Below are positions 58,866-64,000 of a stretch of 64,000 nucleotides of DNA, piece after piece. The DNA comes from an uncultured Gammaproteobacteria bacterium. GTDB lineage: Bacteria > Pseudomonadota > Gammaproteobacteria > Magnimaribacterales > TMED112. Positions within the stretch are counted from its first letter, which is position 1; the number at the start of each line of letters is the position of its first letter. The position numbers were made by a program, and so were the translations under genes. Location: positions 6,702-70,701 of the forward strand of contig CAJXFH010000003.1 of the NCBI GenBank assembly GCA_913052565.1, read 5' to 3'. The notes beneath the pieces are model-generated. The model searched no databases. It saw nothing but the letters and a program-made list of their open reading frames with translations, and was not told the DNA's origin.

Positions 58866-59485
58866 AGGATTTCCTTTATCACGTATCCTTTCTTATATCT
58901 CAAATCAACAAATAAAGGCAGGTTGTAGTTTGATTTTAGATCAATCAAAATTTTGTTTATTTTAGTTAATCGTAATTCTAAATTTTCTTTTCCAAGTTTA
59001 AAAATAAATCCATCAACCTCAATATCCCAACCAGATAATGCTGAATAGTTAATTTGAGAGAGATTATCTAATTTATTATTAATCATATTGGCCTGAAGAA
59101 TAGTATTTTCATTAATATCTTTCTTATCAATTGCTAAGTTTGGTAAATTTAAATCTAATGGCATAGAAAAAACTTTAAATTCCGAGTCAAAATACAAACT
59201 AATTTTTTTCTTAAAAATCGGTTTTTTTGCATTAATTACAAATTGAGATGTATTTGGTGTTTCTGAAATAATAAGACTTTCTACCCAATCCTTTGATTTC
59301 ACATAAGTGATAAAGTTGTTTTTATAAAAGAGTCTCGTTTTTAGATCTTCTGAACATTTCAAACAATCTATGGGTAAATTTAAAGTTACAGAAATGGTTT
59401 TGTTTTTACTAAAGAAAGAGTTTGTAAAAAAAATTCCTAAAGTAATTAGAATTAAGCTTATAAAAATTTTAGTATGAGTCTTCAA
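58862..59485 (-). CDS. ftsQ: Cell division protein FtsQ (divergent)
   Basis: 207 aa, a bitopic protein with one N-terminal TM helix. It lies in the ddl-ftsQ-ftsA position. Sequence conservation is weak. Confidence 0.7.
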   Translation of the reverse strand: MKTHTKIFISLILITLGIFFTNSFFSKNKTISVTLNLPIDCLKCSEDLKTRLFYKNNFITYVKSKDWVESLIISETPNTSQFVINAKKPIFKKKISLYFDSEFKVFSMPLDLNLPNLAIDKKDINENTILQANMINNKLDNLSQINYSALSGWDIEVDGFIFKLGKENLELRLTKINKILIDLKSNYNLPLFVDLRYKKGYVIKEIL

Positions 59486-60362
59486 TTATTTCTGTAATTA
59501 GTTCTTCATAGTTTATACCAGCTAGTTTCGCAGCCAGTGGAAAAAGACTTTTTTCAGTGAACCCTGGAACCGTATTAATTTCTAACACGCCCAATCTATC
59601 TCCATCAAAAACGAAATCTACTCTTCCCCAAGTTTGGCAACCATGATGATAGAAAGCTTTTAAAGCAATTTTTTTCAATTCGTTCTTTAAGTCTTTATTT
59701 AAGACTTCTACTTTCTTAGTTTCTTTAGATAAATATTTCGCATTGTAATTATAAAAGCCTGATTTAGGATCTGCGATTATTTCAAGAGGTTCAAGTGCTT
59801 CTCCTTTGAGAATACCCACTGTATATTCTGCATCGTTATATGCTTCTTCAATTATGACTTCTTTAGAAAATTTTCTTGCCTCTTCAACAGCTGATTCTAT
59901 GTCTTTTTCACTGTCAACTTTTGAGACGCCAAAGCTTGATCCATTACTATTGGGCTTCACAAAAAAAGAGTCTTTATTTTTAAAAAAAGAGTCGTTTAAA
60001 TTTACTTTTTCATTTTCATTTAAAGCAAGAAAGTTTGGAGTTGGTATGTGATTTTTAATCATTAAATTTTTAGATGATATCTTATCCCAACATTTTTTAG
60101 CTGATGATTCATCAGAACCAGTAAACTTTATATTTCTATTACTAAGAATTTTCTGAATTTCTCCATCTTCTCCACCTTTCCCATGAATTGCTATGAAGAT
60201 AATTGTGTCTTTATCAATTGAGTTGAGTCTCAGATCTTCATAATCAATTATATCTGCTTTAAATTTTGTTTTATCAATGCAATTGTGTATGGCTACAGCA
60301 CTATCTTTTGAAATTTCTTTTTCATCTGATTTGCCTCCATAGAGAATAAGAACATTTTTCAT
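59469..60362 (-). CDS. ddl: D-alanine--D-alanine ligase
   Basis: 297 aa with an ATP-grasp fold (LYGGKSDEKEIS, HGKGGEDG, RVDF..LEINTVPG). Confidence 0.93.
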   Translation of the reverse strand: MKNVLILYGGKSDEKEISKDSAVAIHNCIDKTKFKADIIDYEDLRLNSIDKDTIIFIAIHGKGGEDGEIQKILSNRNIKFTGSDESSAKKCWDKISSKNLMIKNHIPTPNFLALNENEKVNLNDSFFKNKDSFFVKPNSNGSSFGVSKVDSEKDIESAVEEARKFSKEVIIEEAYNDAEYTVGILKGEALEPLEIIADPKSGFYNYNAKYLSKETKKVEVLNKDLKNELKKIALKAFYHHGCQTWGRVDFVFDGDRLGVLEINTVPGFTEKSLFPLAAKLAGINYEELITEIIEDSY

Positions 60363-61747
60363 TTGTATATTGCTAATATTGAATTTGAAATATCAACGAT
60401 GTTCCCTGCTCCTTGGGTGAGAACAATATCACTCTCGGTAATACTTGTTTCCAATACTGAGCTTATCTCTTTCAAATTTTTTGCAAAAAAAGCATTTTTT
60501 CCTCTGTCTCTTAATGCATTCACAAAGTCATATGAACTTATGCTCTCGAGGTTTTGCTCACCTGCTGAATAAATATCTAAGATGATTATGTTATCGATCA
60601 TTGTTAAACAATTTATAAAATCATCAAAAAGCAAAGTTGATCTTGTATATCTGTGTGGTTGGAAAATCATAGTGATTTTTTTATTGGGATTTGAAGAACA
60701 TAAAGCATCATAAGTTGCTTTAATTTCTGTAGGGTGGTGACCATAATCGTCAAAAAGTTTTTGTTTTCTTCCAGCAATTGAAATATTTCCCTTGAACTCC
60801 ATTCTTCTAGAAACGCCTTCGAAACTTTTCATTGCATCTTTAATGACCTTTACATTTATGCCAGACTTTCTAGCTACGATGAAGGCTGCTGTTGCATTAA
60901 GTGCATTATGCTTACCTGCCAAATTGAGCTTTAATTTAGTTTCTTTTCCTGTTGAGTTTTTCACAACAATAAATTCTTGATAATTTTTAAATTGCTTTTG
61001 TTCTTTAATGAAATAATCAGATGTTTTTTCAAAACCATAGGAAATCTTTGGTCGAGATAGTGAGTGAAATAAATCTTTTGCTCTATCAGAATCAGTACAC
61101 ATTATTGCATTTCCATAAAATGGTAAATTTTCTAAAAACTGAAGGAAAGTTGCATCTAAAATTTCTGTATCATTCTCATAAAAATCTAGATGATCATTAT
61201 CAATATTTGTAATGACACTCATTTCAGGACTTAAATGTAGAAAAGAGGCATCACTTTCATCGGCTTCAACTATTAAATAATCACTTGAACCTAAAATACT
61301 TTTATTTTCCTGTCCCAGAATCTTTCCACCAATAATATAAGTTGGATCAAGATTAGCTTTAATAAATATATTTGCTATCAGGCTTGTAGTTGTTGTTTTA
61401 CCATGTGAACCTGCAACTGCAATGCTTTGAAAACCCCTCATAAGGCTTGCAAGCATTTCAGCTCTTGGTATTAAAGTTAAATTTTGTGATTTAGCTGATT
61501 TTATCTCAGGGTTAGTATCGTTTACTGCTGAAGAGTAGACTACAAGATCAACATCTCTTATGTTTTTTTCACTATGGCCAATATATATTTTAGCTCCAAG
61601 AGATTTGAGTCTTTTGGTATTTTTATTTTCTACTAAGTCACTGCCACTAACATCGAAATTCTGTTTAATTAGCATCTCAGCAATTCCAACCATTCCAACA
61701 CCGCCTATTCCTATAAAATGAATTTTTTTAATGCTGCTTAATTTCAT
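60359..61747 (-). CDS. murC: UDP-N-acetylmuramate--L-alanine ligase
   Basis: 462 aa with HFIGIGGVGM and the P-loop AGSHGKTTTTS. Confidence 0.95.
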   Translation of the reverse strand: MKLSSIKKIHFIGIGGVGMVGIAEMLIKQNFDVSGSDLVENKNTKRLKSLGAKIYIGHSEKNIRDVDLVVYSSAVNDTNPEIKSAKSQNLTLIPRAEMLASLMRGFQSIAVAGSHGKTTTTSLIANIFIKANLDPTYIIGGKILGQENKSILGSSDYLIVEADESDASFLHLSPEMSVITNIDNDHLDFYENDTEILDATFLQFLENLPFYGNAIMCTDSDRAKDLFHSLSRPKISYGFEKTSDYFIKEQKQFKNYQEFIVVKNSTGKETKLKLNLAGKHNALNATAAFIVARKSGINVKVIKDAMKSFEGVSRRMEFKGNISIAGRKQKLFDDYGHHPTEIKATYDALCSSNPNKKITMIFQPHRYTRSTLLFDDFINCLTMIDNIIILDIYSAGEQNLESISSYDFVNALRDRGKNAFFAKNLKEISSVLETSITESDIVLTQGAGNIVDISNSILAIYK

Positions 61748-62729
61748 TTGCGATTTTTTCTGCTGACAATAAGTGTATATGTTTGTGCATTTTTTTACTC
61801 ATATCTATTAAATTTTTTTGATCAAAATCTTTAACTAATCTTAAAAAATCTTGTTCATTAAAATTATTTTCATTCACTATTACCCCTCCTCCTTCAGCGC
61901 ATGCAAGTTCTGCATTCCTCAGTTGATGCCCATCAATTGAACTTGGCAAAGGAATAAAAATAGCTGGCAAACCCATTGTCTGAACTTCAGCTACTGTAGA
62001 AGCACCGGATCTGCATATTATGAATTTTGCTTTTGACATTCTTTCTTCAATATTTTCGATAAATCTAACGTATTCAACATTTTTTGAAGATTCCTTTTGT
62101 GAATCTAAACCTATCTGAAAATATGTCTTTAAAGATAAATTAGATTTTTCAATTAGATTAGAAATAATGTTATTAAAAAAATGCGCCCCTTGACTACCAC
62201 CCAGAACAAGGATGTGGTCTTTATCTAAAACTTTCGAGTAATTTAGGTTATTGAAGCCTTGCCTAACTGGATGACCAAGGTGTAATTCTCTACTGATATT
62301 AAGCTCATAAGAGGTAAAAATTTTTGTTGCAAAAAAAGCTCCAATTTTATTTGCAGTTCCCAAGACTGAATTCTGTTCATGAATAAAAATTTTTCTGAAT
62401 AGAATGCTTGAAGCAAATATTCCGATAATAGAAATATAACCACCCATTAACAACGAATGTTTAGGCCTGAATTTAATCATTTCGAACAAGACTCTCAAAG
62501 CTGCCATTAAAAAAGTGAGTGGCCACAATATTTTTTCAAATAAACTTTTTCCCCTAAATCCTGAAATATTTAAATTTATTACTTGATAGTTAGTCTTGGA
62601 AAAAATCTTTTTTTCAATATCTCTATTTGAGGCAAAAAATATCACATTTTCTTCACCAAATTTTTTAGCGATTGAAAGTGCTGGATAAATATGCCCTCCT
62701 GTGCCAGCTGCGAAAATTGCTATCTTCAT
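61728..62729 (-). CDS. murG: UDP-GlcNAc:lipid I N-acetylglucosaminyltransferase MurG
   Basis: 333 aa with AAGTGGHIYPAL and the C-terminal GASTVAE motif. Confidence 0.93.
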   Translation of the reverse strand: MKIAIFAAGTGGHIYPALSIAKKFGEENVIFFASNRDIEKKIFSKTNYQVINLNISGFRGKSLFEKILWPLTFLMAALRVLFEMIKFRPKHSLLMGGYISIIGIFASSILFRKIFIHEQNSVLGTANKIGAFFATKIFTSYELNISRELHLGHPVRQGFNNLNYSKVLDKDHILVLGGSQGAHFFNNIISNLIEKSNLSLKTYFQIGLDSQKESSKNVEYVRFIENIEERMSKAKFIICRSGASTVAEVQTMGLPAIFIPLPSSIDGHQLRNAELACAEGGGVIVNENNFNEQDFLRLVKDFDQKNLIDMSKKMHKHIHLLSAEKIANEIKQH

Positions 62730-63847
62730 TTTATGTTATTTCTAAACTCCCAACTTGCTCTTAATGTAATTGCTAAAGCAATAAAATTCATAATAACACT
62801 ACTCCTTCCATAGCTTATGAATGGAAGTGTAAGGCCTTTTGTTGGAACTATTCCTAAATTTACAAAAATATTCAAAGCTGTTTGAATAAAGAAAATAAGA
62901 GCAAAAGAAGTGATTATTAAGCTATTAAGGAAAAAGTTTTTCTTGTTAGATAGCTCAGCAAGCTTGAAAAGTCTCCACAAAATTAAGAAATAACAAATGA
63001 AGAGAATTGACATACCAAACAGACCAGTTTCTTCAAGAAATATTGAGAAGATAAAATCTGTATGAGCCTCTGGAAGAAAGAAATACTTTTGGGTGCTTTC
63101 ACCAACTCCAAGACCAAAAATTCCTCCTTGTATTGAAGCAATTAATGCATTTATCAATTGATAATCTGAATTTCTTTGATCATCCCATGGATTTGCAAAT
63201 GATAAAACTCTATCGAGCCTTTCTGGGTTGAAAGAAATCGCAACAGATAGAAAGATTAGAAATATTGTCCCCAATAAAGCTAACTGTGAAACTTTCGCTC
63301 CACCTATAAAGAGAATCATTAGTGAGATAGCGAATACTATTACAGTACTTCCATAATCCGGTTCCAGAAATAGAAGCAAACCTAGAATCGTTGTTACGAT
63401 AATTGGTTTCAAAAATCCTCTTAATGTTGATTCAAGCTGTTCTTTTCTTCTTAGACAATAACTGCATAAGTAAATTGGCAGAAAAATTTTTGCTATCTCA
63501 GACGGTTGAATATTTATTGGTCCAATTGGGAGCCATCGCCTTGAGCCATTTACCTCTTGGCCTAGGCCTGGAATGAGGACAAGAACCAAAAAAAATGCAC
63601 TTATAAGCAACAAAATTAAGCTATTTTCTCTGTAAAATGAAATAGGAATAAATAAAAAAATAGTTCCAACTATAAGTGATATTGAAAGTGCAATAACTTG
63701 TCTTTGTAAGAAAAAATATGGATTTCCATAGTCTGCATATGCTATTACATTTGAGGAAGAATAAATAAAGATGAGACTAATCGCAGTTATCACCATAAAT
63801 GGAATTAAAAGAAGTTGGTCAAAAAGTTTATTAGCTTTATTATTCAA
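62726..63847 (-). CDS. ftsW: SEDS family peptidoglycan polymerase FtsW
   Basis: 373 aa with about 10 TM helices and a SEDS motif (PEAHTDFIFS). It starts with TTG. It lies in the murD-ftsW-murG position. Confidence 0.9.
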   Translation of the reverse strand: MNNKANKLFDQLLLIPFMVITAISLIFIYSSSNVIAYADYGNPYFFLQRQVIALSISLIVGTIFLFIPISFYRENSLILLLISAFFLVLVLIPGLGQEVNGSRRWLPIGPINIQPSEIAKIFLPIYLCSYCLRRKEQLESTLRGFLKPIIVTTILGLLLFLEPDYGSTVIVFAISLMILFIGGAKVSQLALLGTIFLIFLSVAISFNPERLDRVLSFANPWDDQRNSDYQLINALIASIQGGIFGLGVGESTQKYFFLPEAHTDFIFSIFLEETGLFGMSILFICYFLILWRLFKLAELSNKKNFFLNSLIITSFALIFFIQTALNIFVNLGIVPTKGLTLPFISYGRSSVIMNFIALAITLRASWEFRNNIK

Positions 63848-64000
63848 AATATTCTTCTACAAAATTATTAAACGCTTTGCCTCTTTCAATGTAATTATTA
63901 AAATCTTCCCCACTCGGGTTTCCAGGTGAGAACAATACGTCGTGATTATGTTTTATTACTTTAAGTCTTTCGAATGATTCTTGGAGATTGAGCAATACTT
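63840..64000 (-). CDS. murD: UDP-N-acetylmuramoylalanine--D-glutamate ligase MurD, C-terminal fragment that enters from the window edge
   Basis: My minus-strand translation ends ...VLSPGNPSGEDFNNYIERGKAFNNFVEEYFE*. This matches the MurD C-terminal LSPaca SfD.F.n..eRG..F pattern. It overlaps the ftsW start by 8 nt. Confidence 0.7.
   Translation of the reverse strand, partial: VLLNLQESFERLKVIKHNHDVLFSPGNPSGEDFNNYIERGKAFNNFVEEYFE

Overview
This window is an AT-rich, very tightly packed chromosomal segment. Gene content and gene order are gammaproteobacterial and follow Pseudomonas-type synteny. A streamlined marine lineage such as SAR86 is only a guess from composition and packing. I call 68 protein-coding genes (two cut by the window edges), 62 of them on the minus strand, plus one tRNA-Lys(UUU). 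I found no rRNA, CRISPR array, transposase or integrase, and no convincing intrinsic terminator. By my tally from the ORF coordinates only about 680 nt (about 1.1%) lie outside genes, and about 40 of 67 gene junctions overlap.

The window reads as conserved housekeeping blocks joined end to end:
- msrB-pdxB
- sdhCDAB-sucAB-lpd-sucCD
- der-bamB-yfgM-hisS-ispG-ndk-iscX-fdx-iscA-iscU-iscS
- purC-bamC-dapA/bcp/perM/bepA
- cpoB-pal-tolBARQ ... yebC-aspS
- proS
- recA/fdxA ... surE-ispDF-ftsB-eno-kdsA-pyrG
- alr-dnaB-rplI-rpsR-rpsF
- ftsA-ftsQ-ddl-murC-murG-ftsW-murD

The most interesting signals are what is missing from, or substituted inside, these blocks:
1. A 135-aa PD-(D/E)XK (Hjc / T7 endonuclease I-like) ORF sits exactly where ruvC-ruvA-ruvB-ybgC normally lie.
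2. The isc operon lacks hscB, hscA and iscR, and the HscA-docking motif of IscU is altered (LPPVK to LPSIK).
3. The dcw cluster stops at ftsA and abuts rpsF, with no ftsZ or lpxC.
4. ProRS lacks the INS editing domain.
5. The surE-to-recA region lacks pcm, nlpD, rpoS and mutS.
6. A five-gene non-syntenic insert is headed by an 1185-aa lipoprotein subtilase with EPTP repeats. It continues with a DUF3089 hydrolase, a GPH-family transporter, a nitroreductase and a lysophospholipase-like hydrolase.

Every statement that a gene is absent applies to this window only and needs the whole genome to confirm.
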